DNA of 63,995 bases, the filler included, from Welwitschia mirabilis (taxonomy: Eukaryota), in assembly GCA_051453625.1 (NCBI GenBank). It is 5 parts of one record of this genome, joined end to end, with 100 filler letters (N's around TTAATTAATTAA, not from the genome) between each part and the next. Parts side by side here need not be neighbours in the genome. Positions count along the whole stretch, not along the records: positions 1 to 20,143 come from JBOZIK010000001.1; positions 20,244 to 49,445 come from JBOZIK010000001.1; 3 more parts are not named here. One strand, written 5' to 3'. The translations under genes and the position numbers were made by a program. Shown piece after piece: positions 12,971 to 24,926 of this stretch. The notes beneath the pieces are model-generated. The model ran no database searches, was not told the DNA's origin, and saw only the letters and a list, made by a program, of their open reading frames with translations. How positions within the stretch are numbered: the first letter of the stretch is position 1; each line of letters opens with the position of its first letter.

Positions 12971-15257
12971 AGTCTACTAGAAAATTGACCACAATAAACA
13001 TATCCTTGAAAATAATTTAACTTTAATAACTTGATTTTACTTTATAACATTAGACTTCATAAATTTTCTAGAAAACTTGTATTTATATGGATTAGCTTTT
13101 TTAATAGATTTTAGCAGTTTTTTCCCATGATGTCATTAAAATTATAAACCTTAAAGATAATCTTTCATTAAAATTAAATTGTAAAAGATTTAATGACTTA
13201 AACCTTTTCACCTTCTATTTAAGTAATTAATGACTTGAATTATTCTCCCTTAAGTATTTCCTTCATTTTTTAATAAGAGGGGGAAAAATAACTTAGATGA
13301 AATTATAATATAAAAATGAGTTTTAATCATGTGAATAATTAGAATTTATCCTAGATAAAAGTTATTATACATTCATGATTGACTTATTTCATTTTATAAG
13401 TTATTTATATCTAAGATTCCTAATCATTTCTTATCTAATTAGAAACTAATGAAGTAAGGTCTTATTTATTTGCATATCAACTTGTATTACAATTCTTGAT
13501 TTTATTCTTCCCTCATCATACATTGAACTAGGCTCATGTTGTTATGATTCATGAAAAAATAATTATCCTTTGATATGGTAAAAAGATGATAAAGGTAAAG
13601 TGACATAAAAAGTAAAACATATGGTCAAAAAATAAAAGAAAAAAGAATATTAAAAAATATATATGACAAAATAATAAAAAATAAAACTTAATTCATAAAG
13701 AGTTATAAACCAAAAATTATTAATTCCCATTAAATAATAATGATAAGCTTGAGGATAATATGTAGTTATTTTCATCTACTAAGGATGTAGTAATGAAATA
13801 CCTAGTAGTATTATCTGGTGCTAGGGAGTACTAACACATTGTATGAAAGGGATGATAGTTTTATAGTTTGATATCATTCACCAATAATATAAAGATATGA
13901 TGTCATCTTATTTAGAGAATGTTAATTACTAATTCTATTAACTTTTAAAAGTATAAATTATCCCTTTGTATGAAGATAAATATTATATGTAGGTTAGGAT
14001 TTCTTTTTTCATTAAGGACTATAGTCTTTCATTTCAGTAGTTATGATAAAAAGGTATAATGCAATCAAACAATGATGTATGAAAATCATAATTAGATATT
14101 TTCATAACTAGTTTGAAGTCATAAGCATGATATTATTTAGGATGTAAAATTTTCAAAGGTTACTAAACATAATAAATATTTTCTCCTTTTTTATTTTATG
14201 CTTTATGCATTTATAACATAGATACCCTTTTTCATGTTATGAAATTAAGATCCTTACCCAATTTATTTTCATTTACTTTACTAGACATGATATCTTTGAT
14301 AAGGCACTAATAAGATGCACCATGATACTACACTTAGGAAAAAGAAAACCTTAGTGTAAAATTTTTTATATATTATTTCCTATAAAATCAAGCTCTAAAG
14401 GCTGCAAAAGAAGAGAAAAAATAAAAATTAGTTTTTAAATAAATCAAGTTAAGTTTAGACTCTCGATCATAATCCACTTAACTTTACTAGATTAAAATCA
14501 AGTATTCCCCTCCAATTTTTTTATATTGGTCCTTAATTTATTTTTACACTTAACATCACCTATTAATTTTTAATTTCATTACACATTATGTAATTAATTG
14601 GTAGTAAATCTTGAATGATGGTAGGAATAAATAACCTTATGTGGAAACTAATTTCTATTAGGCTATCTTATCATCTAGGCTTACTGTACACTTTTTAACT
14701 ATTATTAGTTTTGATCATATAGAGATTCATGTTTCGCTTAGATGGAAATATCCTAAGAACTACAAGGTCTATATTTAAATGCATACCTTAGTAATGAAGG
14801 GTGTATTGGATGAAGTTTAGAAGCATAGTAATAGGATCTATCTAGATTTCATCATTAAGTTAAGAAGGAGGCATAACTGAACTCAGCTAAAATTTACTAA
14901 ATCTAATTTATAACTAAGATAACTAAAATTAACCAATGACTTAGACATTTCATCAAGGTAATTCAAACTTTCCCTTTTTCTTTTTTTTCAAGATAATAAT
15001 TATCCTTGAAAGAGACATGATAACTTTTTGTATTAGAATTAAGACCTAAAATTCATAACGTTTTTCACTTTAATAATCTAATTATTTAGATCCCTTATGT
15101 AAACTTTGCTATATTTACATAAGGGTTTAAGAAAAAAAAATTTTTCCTTTTTTTTTTCTTCTTTATGCATGTAATATTTTTTTTACATGTTTGTGAGGTT
15201 AATATTATTATTTATTCATGGTGAAATATAGATATTCTTCTATCTATTGTTAATGTA

Positions 15258-16485
15258 TGATAATATCGAAGAGTGCCCTAGTGATCCAAATAATATATGG
15301 CCAAACCAAACTTTTACCAAATAACCTAAGACTTCCATTTGTAGTATAGTTCCAACGCTGTTCTTTCATGAGGATAAATGTGATGAACTATCAATTAATA
15401 AAGCATAATAAAAATAATCAATAATGTCTAAAATGTATGCAAATGCTTAGGAATGTGGAATAGCTTTAAGATTTAGCTTAATAACTTTGAATATATCAAG
15501 AGTCTTTATTAAGCTTATATAACTTCACTCCTTAAGTTCAATGATTCATGCTAAGTTTATCAATTAATTTCAATCATAGTGACATAATGACATCCACTAT
15601 TTAAGTGTTGGTGATATATTCAAGCCACTTTAACCTTTATAATAAGAATATTATAATTATGAAAGGTAGGTTTCATCCAAGATCCATTAAATAAAGATTT
15701 AGGTTATAAAACTAAAATGGAAGCAAGAAGGATCACACATGAAATTCAAAAGTACTTAACATGCCTTAGCCAAATCTAAGCATAACAAGTGTGACGCAAT
15801 CACAAGTTGATATCAAAGTAATGAACTAAAAAAAACATGCAATAATTTATTGTCAAAATGAGTGAAAGAACAAAATTATTGAAAAGAACTTAATGCTAAT
15901 CTAAGAAACATTATGTAATATTAAAAACTAGTCCATCCCTAATGGAAGATTTATAAAGAACTCATGATGAAAGCTCAACTAGTTTTTTTTAATATTAATA
16001 TGATAATGAATTAATAGATTCCTTAATTACATCAAAGTAGGTTATTTATAAACTAATTTAGGATTACAAATTAGGGTTCCAAGTCATAATGAGGTCAATC
16101 TTTAGCCATGGATCTAGTTTTAGGGGTTTCTTTTACAAAATATTTGCCATTTAGAACTGATATTAGCTATTCTTTAGATATATTTCTTATAGTAGAAAGG
16201 ATTAGAAACACAAGTTTTGGCCTATTCTTTGAATCGGAATCTATGCTACCACTTATTAAACTAGTTATACCATCTAATCAGTTTAGCATAACTCTGGCTT
16301 TTAGTCCATGAATCTACATTTAGCACAAAACATGATAAGATCATAAGCAAATACAAGAAATTAGTTTTTGTAGTAAAATTTAGTCATAACAATGCAAAAT
16401 GATTAAAATTATAGTATTAATGTCATAATCATGTAAAACTAGCTCAAAGTACTTATTTTAAGTGTTAATTTTCGCATGTTATTAT
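15258..16485 (-). mobile_element. Probable gypsy (Athila-like) 3' LTR
   Basis: On the minus strand a short purine tract AGGGGC (16487-16492) precedes TATAATAACATGCGAAAATTAACAC; the far end reads ...ATTATCA at 15258; lies downstream of an env-like ORF. Boundaries inferred from one copy only. Confidence 0.45.
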
Positions 16486-17039
16486 AGCCCCTGATGAACA
16501 TCTTATCAGTTCCTTAAGCAAAGAATGAGAAATGATGAATAGAATGAAAAGTTGTAATGATAAAAGTTTCCAAGTATAAGACTTTAATGTGCTAAATTTT
16601 ACTTAATTTTAAAATGATGGAGGTACATTAATCAAGTGATATACTAACTTTCCAACAAGCATTTTTAATTATGTTTCTAATATAACATGATATATCATTG
16701 ATGTTGAAATGAAATGTAAAAGCGAGCAAAAAACCATGAACCTTATTTTATTAACTAGTAACAACACATACATTAAAGGAGAAAAAATACAAATGCATAG
16801 TATGAATAATAAACATCCTAGATAATAGATCATCTATGTAAAGTAGCTTTACGGTTAAGCCTTTTTCTTTTCCTCTCTCTTTCTTATTTCTTTCTCTATC
16901 CTCCTCTTAATTTCTTTTTTTATTTTTTTAATCAAATTCCTTTTTTTCCATAATCTCCCAATCCATGTTTTATTTAATTTAGATAATTATTCTAGAAAAG
17001 TCTTACTAGAATAAGAAGAAATTAATTAGTAATTGAAGA

Positions 17040-17950
17040 ATAACAGAGAAGATGGTACATGTGAAGATTCATCCTTAGGTTCCTTGCCTCTTCTTCTACT
17101 AACATGAGGAGCAGGAGGAGGAGAACAAAATTCAGTTGCTTGCTATATTCCTATGGATGTTTTTTTAATTGTGTTCTTTAATGCCTTGTAATCCAATTTG
17201 AATCATTAATCATCTAAATTTAAGTAATATTTCTAGAGGTAATGGTCTTAATTAAGGCTCTATCCCAACTATCACATGGTAAAGAGGAATTAATGGCATT
17301 TTAAAGAAATTATGTTATTAAAAAAGATAAGGGTAAATTTATTTTAGTGCCAAAATGCTCTAAAATGATGCTAAAGAGGCATTCAAATAAATCAAAGAGT
17401 TTACTATCCTATATGATACAAATCACATCTAGATGAATGATATAGGAATCAATTACATGGGGGGTACATAGAATATTTCTAATGATAAAATGAAAAAGAG
17501 CTAACTGGTTCTTATGTAAACAAGTACATGGAATAACTCCTCCTCTATTGAATGCATATTCTACATCTAATGCATCACAATAATAGCTAAGGGTTTTTGT
17601 AAGTATGAATGGCAAATTGTTAGGGTGTTCTAATCCTAAAATATTCTCAAAATTTTTAAAGAAATCGAAAAATATACATGGTGGACTTTAAAATGGATTA
17701 CTCAAGGGTATTTCTCATTCATGTATGCATTCTTGCAGAACTATGTTACTTCCTTTGGGTAGTAATATGTCCATTCCTTCTTTAACAAGTATGTACAATG
17801 ATGTGACTCAACCCTTTACAAGTAAATAGGTGGAAACATGAATAATAATAAAGATAAAATACCTTATTTAATGAAATCACCTTGCCTCCCACTCATGACC
17901 ACTGCAAGTTATTATGAAAGGATAGAAAGCAAGAGAAAAATGGATGAAAG
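17040..17950 (-). pseudogene. Env-like / putative plant transposon protein ORF remnant (Athila ORF2-like)
   Basis: EVT*FCKNA (REFYANA-like), FENILGL, LALFHFIIRNILC (ORF 17409-17615) and NLPLSFLIT (LPYGxLIT-like) in the expected order. Confidence 0.55.
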
Positions 17951-18981
17951 AAGATAATTTAGAAGATAAAAGAATTTTTTTCCAAAATGATGTCAAAATA
18001 GTAAAAATTGAAAACAAAAAATGATTTGGACTCACTAATAAATTTAACAAAGAGGGGACATGAAAGTAAAACTAAGAGACTTTTGTAGCAAGTCTAATTT
18101 AATAAAATGTGAGCAGTGTTAGTTGATCTGAATGGTAGTGCTAGTGGATCTAGAAGGTGTACTACTTAAATAGACTACAAGCACTTAAATTTAGCTAATA
18201 GATGAATCTAGTCATGAGGAAAATTATTGCAGCAAGCATGATGTGAAAACAAGATTCTAATGCATGATTTATATAAGTAAACATTAAAATTTAGGCTATA
18301 AGATCTTGGTTATCATTAATAATTTAGATTACATTTCCCATGAATTAAATTTGGATGGTAAGATCACATCACAAGAAGACTAGGCTAAAGTATGCTTCTT
18401 TAGTAATTTCTTCCTAATATGAAATGAATGAAAATGAAGTGGGTGAATGTGATAAATGCATAAAATGATGGAAATTATCATGCTACCACATAAATAATGA
18501 ATAAATAAGATAAAGAAAATTAAGAAAAATATCCAACTATGTGAAATTAAACCTTTTTAGGTATTTTTTTCCCATTAGTTTTAATTAGTTGATCCTTTGT
18601 CAAAACAAAGAGAAGAGGAAGTAAAATCTTTTCAAGATAAGGATAGTTAATAAACATCAAGTTATAATTAATTAAAGGAAGCATACCACTAAAATCTCTA
18701 ATCCCACCTTGATTTCATGTTAATTCCATTCCACTACCATGGGAGACTTACTTTAAAAATTTAATCAAATCTAGCATTTAGCATTGTGACATCTTCTTCC
18801 AACAAAATTAAGGTGATATTTATGAAGAATTTAGTGATATAATACTAATAAGAATCTGTATTCCTTATGTAAGTTGAGTGTTTTACAAATCAATCATTAT
18901 AGTTGCATTTCTAATGAGCATCCATATCCTTAATGTAGTTGATTATCATAAATAACATTGATTCATAAAATTTTATCCTTT

Positions 18982-20143
18982 TGTTGTGGTGTGAATTTAT
19001 GAAATCTTAAAGTTCTTAGATAAACTTGTAAATCATATAACTTGCAGAAAAACTTTGTTGTGATGCGAATTTATGCAATCTTGAAGTCCTTAGATAAATT
19101 TGTAAATCATATAACTTGCAGAAAAACACATGGTAGTATATACAAAAGTTCACTCAAATGTCATAATCCCAACGAAGGCATTAGGCTCAAAGTTAGAGAA
19201 TTGATTTCCAAATGTATTTTTATTCTTTTATCTTATAAAAAATAAAAGTAAATAACAATCAAAAAAGTAATACATGATAAATGAAGCTAAAATGTGGTGT
19301 ATGGAAATAGAAATGAATTGGATTCTACTTAGATCCTAGTTCTTCTATCACAAGAACTATCTATCTATAATTTAAGTTAATTAAGAAGAGTTTCTGACTA
19401 GTTCCTAATTAATTTAAACTATGAGATAAACCAAGTAAAATATTCAATATGCAATATAGAATTGAAATGAAATAATAATGCAAAGCCTAAATTAACCAAG
19501 TCAACCTTAACAAATATTGCTCTTATAATCTAAATAAATCAAAGAACTATCACTTAACTATGACTAACTTAAACCACAATGGATATTCACAAAATTGGAA
19601 TGAAAACTATAATTATATTAATTTAAATAATTTTACATCCACTTAGAGCAAAATAATAATAGCTTAATGGAAAAGACTTAACCTAATACCAGGAGAAATC
19701 CTTTCTATAGCTACTAGATAGACCTCTTGTCCTTTACTCTTTTGTTATAAGTATATCAAGTATAAAAAATGGAAACAGGAGTGAAAGAGGTAAAGGGTCT
19801 TTATATTTTTGCATTATGATACTAGAAACTAAACCCTAAAAGTTGAAAAAGAAACCCTAACAGCCCATATGGGTCTCTTGACCCCATTACAAAGATATTT
19901 CTTTTCGACCATATAAAAATAGTTATCATCCTGACTATTGTTAGGATGACATAAGGGACGTTATCCTATATCAAAATATCTTCATACCCTATTTTTAACC
20001 TAGCAAATTCTATCCATATTAGTAGTGTTGTCATCTTTCCTATTGTATGATTGACATAGGGGACAATAGTCTTCCTTATCTTCAATCTCAAAGGTAAATT
20101 ATTGTTTTGCATCATGAAATCTTCTTTTAGATATGTAGTGTCA
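18982..20143 (-). mobile_element. Athila-like LTR, same subfamily as 51192-52544; runs into gap
   Basis: 19056-19900 aligns as the reverse complement of ~51700-52544; terminal TGTTG; first 74 bp duplicated. Confidence 0.85.
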
Positions 20144-20187
20144 NNNNNNNNNNNNNNNNNNNNNNNNNNNNNNNNNNNNNNNNNNNN

Positions 20188-20199
20188 TTAATTAATTAA
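20188..20199. other. Assembly gap linker TTAATTAATTAA (also 49490-49501, 58205-58216, 62674-62685)
   Basis: Identical 12-mer centred in 100-nt N blocks; gives stop codons in all six frames. Confidence 0.9.
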
Positions 20200-20243
20200 N
20201 NNNNNNNNNNNNNNNNNNNNNNNNNNNNNNNNNNNNNNNNNNN

Positions 20244-21553
20244 TAAACTAAATGGTAAGGATTTGACTGGATCTTTGTGGATTTTATTGAATTTGAGAAT
20301 CTAATAAATAGTATTATTAGACTAAATGACAAGGGATCAACTAGAACTATGATGGGGTTGACTACATCTATGAACCAAGGAATAGTACTCCTAAAATAAT
20401 TTTCAGAGGGTCGACTAGACCTATGATAGGATTGACTAGACTTGAGCACTATGTAGCTAATACTCTTAAGCAGATCATCATGGGATTTATCGAACACCTA
20501 AAGGGGTCATCTGGACCTGATGCTGGAAACTAGAAAGAATTTTATCAAGATAAGAAGATGACTAGATTTTGTTTTAAGTGACTAGACTAGGATTGTCTGA
20601 ACCCATATGGGGTCGACCAGATATGAAGCCATAAGAAATTCAGGCAACTAGAATTTTCACTTAAGCAACCTATTTAAGATACGACACCAAATAATATCAA
20701 CCAGACTTTTAAGGAGTCGATCAAATGGAAAATAACTGAAATTTTTTAGTCATTATGTATCCATTATGTAGCTATTGGATGCTCATTTTATAACCATTTA
20801 TAGGCAATAGAAGTACATCTAAAATGTAATAAATCCTAAAATCCTTCAAATATAAATATCTAAGAGATATATAACTATAAAATCCTTTGAAACCATTTTC
20901 AATTGTATTAATTTATTGCATCTAAGAAATGAGCACTGTAATCTTGTAATATTCATTGTTGTATCCTGGCATCTATACTTCTGATTAGGGAAGATCTATT
21001 ATCTATATCATTTCTACATTCAGGGTTAGATCTTGTGCTTCATCTATTTTACATCTGTAAGAGAAGAGCTTCATTATATCCATTTCATCAAGAAAAAGTG
21101 GTATCCATGCATATTTAGCATCATTATATCACTACTTTGTATTATGAAAGGTTAAGACTAAGTCTTAAAAAATCCACTCAAAAGTTGAGACTAAGCCTTA
21201 AAAATTTCTCTCAAAAATTGAGAATAAACCTTGAAATGTCATTTGTAAAGGTTACAGGTAAAATTAAACTACCTTGTGGTATAACAAATATCTAGATATA
21301 GCTTGGAAATAAATTGATTGTCAAGAGTGGAGTAAGTGGTTTCCTAAACCACTATAAATCCTGTGTACTTATATTTAGTACTTTGTGCTTTCTGTTAGTA
21401 ATTATTTACTTTTATTAATTCTCTTTTCATACACATTTTGGATTAGTTAATTATTATGTGCAAGTTTGTGTTTAATATTTGATTCATTTTAGAATACTGT
21501 GTTGTAATTTCTTAAGGAACCTATTCACCCCCTAAGGGTTGTTGATCTTATCA
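20244..21553 (+). mobile_element. Sirevirus-like 5' LTR (start lost in gap)
   Basis: Homologous to 5438-7008; TATAAATA ~20851; three 34-bp units 21147-21247; ends CTTATCA, followed by the PBS. Confidence 0.9.
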
Positions 21554-21555
21554 AT

Positions 21556-21567
21556 TAGTATCAGAGC
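21556..21567 (+). promoter_or_regulatory. tRNA-iMet primer-binding site
   Basis: TAGTATCAGAGC (one mismatch to TGGTATCAGAGC), 2 nt after the LTR end. Confidence 0.88.
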
Positions 21568-21629
21568 TAAGTTGAGTATTCTTTAGATTTTAACCAATCT
21601 CGACTTTAAAATCCTAAAATTAGTAATTT

Positions 21630-23640
21630 AGCTAATGGTTTTTCCACCAATTTTTCACCTATGTTTGATGGATCAAACTATGCTTACTGGACAGCTAGAA
21701 TGAGAATATTCTTAGATCTTTAGATGCCGATATAGAAGAAGTCATTTATAAAGATTACTCTGTGTTTGCATTAACTCAAACTAATGTAAACAATAATACT
21801 ATCCTAGTTCCCAAAGCTTGAGAAAAATTAACCTCCACTGACAAGTCAAAAACCATCAAAGATGCCCATGTTCTTAATGCCATATCTTGTGCAGTCTATG
21901 TAGATGAGTTTAAGCACATAGTAAACTATAATCATACTAAGAAAGCTTGGGACATTTTTGAAGTAGCACATGAAGGAACATTAACTGTAAATCAAGCAAA
22001 ACTTCATATGCATATTTTAAAATTTGAAAACATCCACATCAAAGAAGAAGAAACCTTGTAGAAATTTTTTTTGAGACTCACTGATATCGTAAACTCTATG
22101 GTAAGTCTTAGAGAATGCTTTGATGAAGGAAAGGTGGTAAGGAAAGTCTTGAAATCCCTATATAAGAGATTCAAACAAAAGATCATAGCCATCAAGGGGA
22201 TCAAAAACATAAATGTAATAACATTGATAAAACTATAAGGTAATTTGCAAACCTATGAGCTTAAATTTATTAAAGATAAGAAGAAAGGTAGTGCTTTAAA
22301 ATATGTGCAGGAAAACTATAGATCTAAAAGATCAGATGAGAACTTGAATGATGATAAAGTGTATCTTTTACCTAGAAGGTTCAGAAAATTTCTACATAAA
22401 AAGAAAAAGGAAGGAGAATTAAGTAGAAATTCAAAAAGAAATCATCTAAAACACAGAAAGGATTAAGAAAAAGGTAAATAAATCCAATGCTACTCATGTA
22501 AAGGATTTAGTCATATGAAAAATGACTGCCCCAACACAAGGAGAGATAATAGGAAAACAAAGGATCTCTCTTTTATTGCCACATGGGATAATGATGATGA
22601 TGATGAAGAAAGCTACTCAAATCAAGAATTAAATAGAGACAGAAGGTTATCTTTCATGGATATTATATTATTACTCAAGGATGTTCCTAGTATATCAGAG
22701 CCTGATGATTTGGACATGATCAATGAAGAAGAGGATGAGTTAAAAGATACATGTTAGGAGTTCTATGATAAATGTGAAAAGCTAGCTAAGAGAGTAAACG
22801 ATCTTAATAGAGTAGTAAAGATTCTCACCAAAGAAAAGGAGGAAATAAAAATGAAATATAATGTGCTAAAATCCAACAAAGTTAATCTAATATCTCAAGT
22901 AAAAGATTTTTTTTTTCTTTTTTTGGTAGATAAAGTTTTTGATGGTTCTTCTAAATTGGAATAGATGCTTAGAGTATAGAAGCCTACTAGAGACAGATCA
23001 GGTATTGGCTTTAGTTCTCAAAAATAAAAAAAAAAAAGGTAAACTAGAAAAGTAAGTATGCTTCTAAACTTTTATATAACTTTTGTGGTAAATTTGGTCA
23101 TTTAAATTTGGAAAATTAGATAATTAATGCTTGTTTTAGATTCTGTAAATACTTTACTATTTAAATTTATTCATAAGAGAAGTGTATCACATAAGTTTAA
23201 TAAGACTAAGTGGGTTAGAGATAATAATTTCAAAATTTTTCTAACGCAAATAGCTATCGGAGGATTGATTACAAATAGTTGATATCTAGACAGTGGATGC
23301 TTAAGAAATATGTCTGGAGAAAGATCAAACTTTTGGCACCTAAAGAGTATTAATGGAGGAGAAGTCACTTTTGAAAACAATAAAAAGGCAAAGATAGAAG
23401 GTATAGGATGCATCAAAAAATTCAAATTACCTAAACTTGATGATGGGATTTATTGGTTTAAAACATAATTTATTAAGCATTAGTCAATTATGTGACAAAG
23501 GTCATAAAGCAATCTTTGGAAAATCAAAATTCGAAGTTGTAGATGAGAAAACAAATGTTGCTATCTTTATTATAAAAAGAGTAGATAATATCTATAGAAT
23601 AGATACTTATTTGATCAATTAGTTAAATCATATAAATTAT
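21630..23640 (+). pseudogene. gag: Sirevirus-like gag and protease
   Basis: PMFDGSNYAYWTARMRIFL, AWDILEVAHEGT, VVRKVLKSL, zinc knuckle CYSCKGFSHMKNDC, (W>stop)YLDSGCLRNMSG at 23280, GLKHNLLSISQLCDKG; no integrase follows. Confidence 0.92.
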
Positions 23641-23839
23641 GAATGCAAAAAGGAAACATTAGCCTAAATTTTGATAAATCTAAATATTCTCTAGAAAATT
23701 TTGATAAATGTTTTTTATGTAGAAAATTTTGTGTATCTTGTGCAGAAGATGTTAATCACTTGTAGGTTAGACACTAAAGCTATGAATGTTGAAATTGAAT
23801 AATTAGAAACCTATCAAGTTCATTTACCCTCTTGAGGAT

Positions 23840-24926
23840 TGTTGCAGTGTGTATTTGTATAAGTGCTTAAGTTCAAAAGGATTCTGTCATTCATAAAATA
23901 AATAGATATCTTACATAATACATCACGCTAGTATGAGTGAGAGTAGACCCGAAATGTCATATTTACATTGAATACTATAAAACAAGATTTACATTACTTT
24001 GTAAAAGAATAATAGAAGCCAAAAATAAAGAATAATGTAAGAAATAAAAGGTATAATGAAAATGCAAGATGCAACCTAATCTACCATGCAATGCAAAATG
24101 AAACTAATACTACTTAATTTAGCTTTAACAAAGGTAGTTCTTGATTATTTATATTACCCAAGAAATTATCACCAAATCAAGTGCAACATATACTCTAAAG
24201 ATCATCAGAAAACCTACAATGCAATGCAAACATGAAAACAAGATAAAGTTTATATTAAGAATGAGTAATAAGCATCTAGATTATAAAATAGCCAAGCTTT
24301 AATGGAGGATACAAAGCCCTTCACTAAAGGAATGTCTTTCTGCAATACTCGAGATAGATCTTCTATCCTTTGATCTCCTATCATGAGAATTTTTGGTGCA
24401 ATGAAAATAAGAAGAAGATTTGAAGGTGACTTATTTATAATAACTTATAGCAGAAAATGACAAATAAAAGGCATGACAAGATGCACAATAGACAAAACAG
24501 TTAAGGGTTACTATTAGAGTCAGTTACATTAGTGTCGTCTTGACTATTGTCTAGATGACAATGGGGATAATAGCTCATTACAAAAGATGATTCAGAATGA
24601 TGACTCAGTAGTAATTCGATAGTTCATATCAGTAATTAATAATGTCGTCATCCTGCCTATCATGAGGATGACAAAGGGGATGGTAGTCTGCTTAATCATA
24701 TTTTTAAAGGAAAGAACTTAGTATTTTTACAAGTAATTCTTTTCCAAATTTCTATTAATTAGAATGTGCATTAAATGCATCAAATCTGGGTAATAATTGC
24801 ATATTTAAGATATCTTCTATCATTTCTCCAAAATCCTCAGAATTATACTTAAACCTGTGTAAAAGTTCCACAAAACAACTCAACTCATAAAACCCCATCA
24901 AATAATCACAAATTAGCATTGCAACA
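23840..24926 (-). mobile_element. Athila-like 3' LTR
   Basis: TGTTG...CAACA termini; homologous to 31644-32722 and 30092-30929; adjacent decayed PPT region 24927-24960 matches 51157-51191. Confidence 0.9.

Noticed and set aside
13000..15250. Possible host exon or further TE fragments
   Set aside because: No ORF, motif or internal homology that I can support; left unannotated.
20188..20199. Recurrent palindrome TTAATTAATTAA as a biological site
   Set aside because: Always centred in 100-nt N blocks; an assembly linker.
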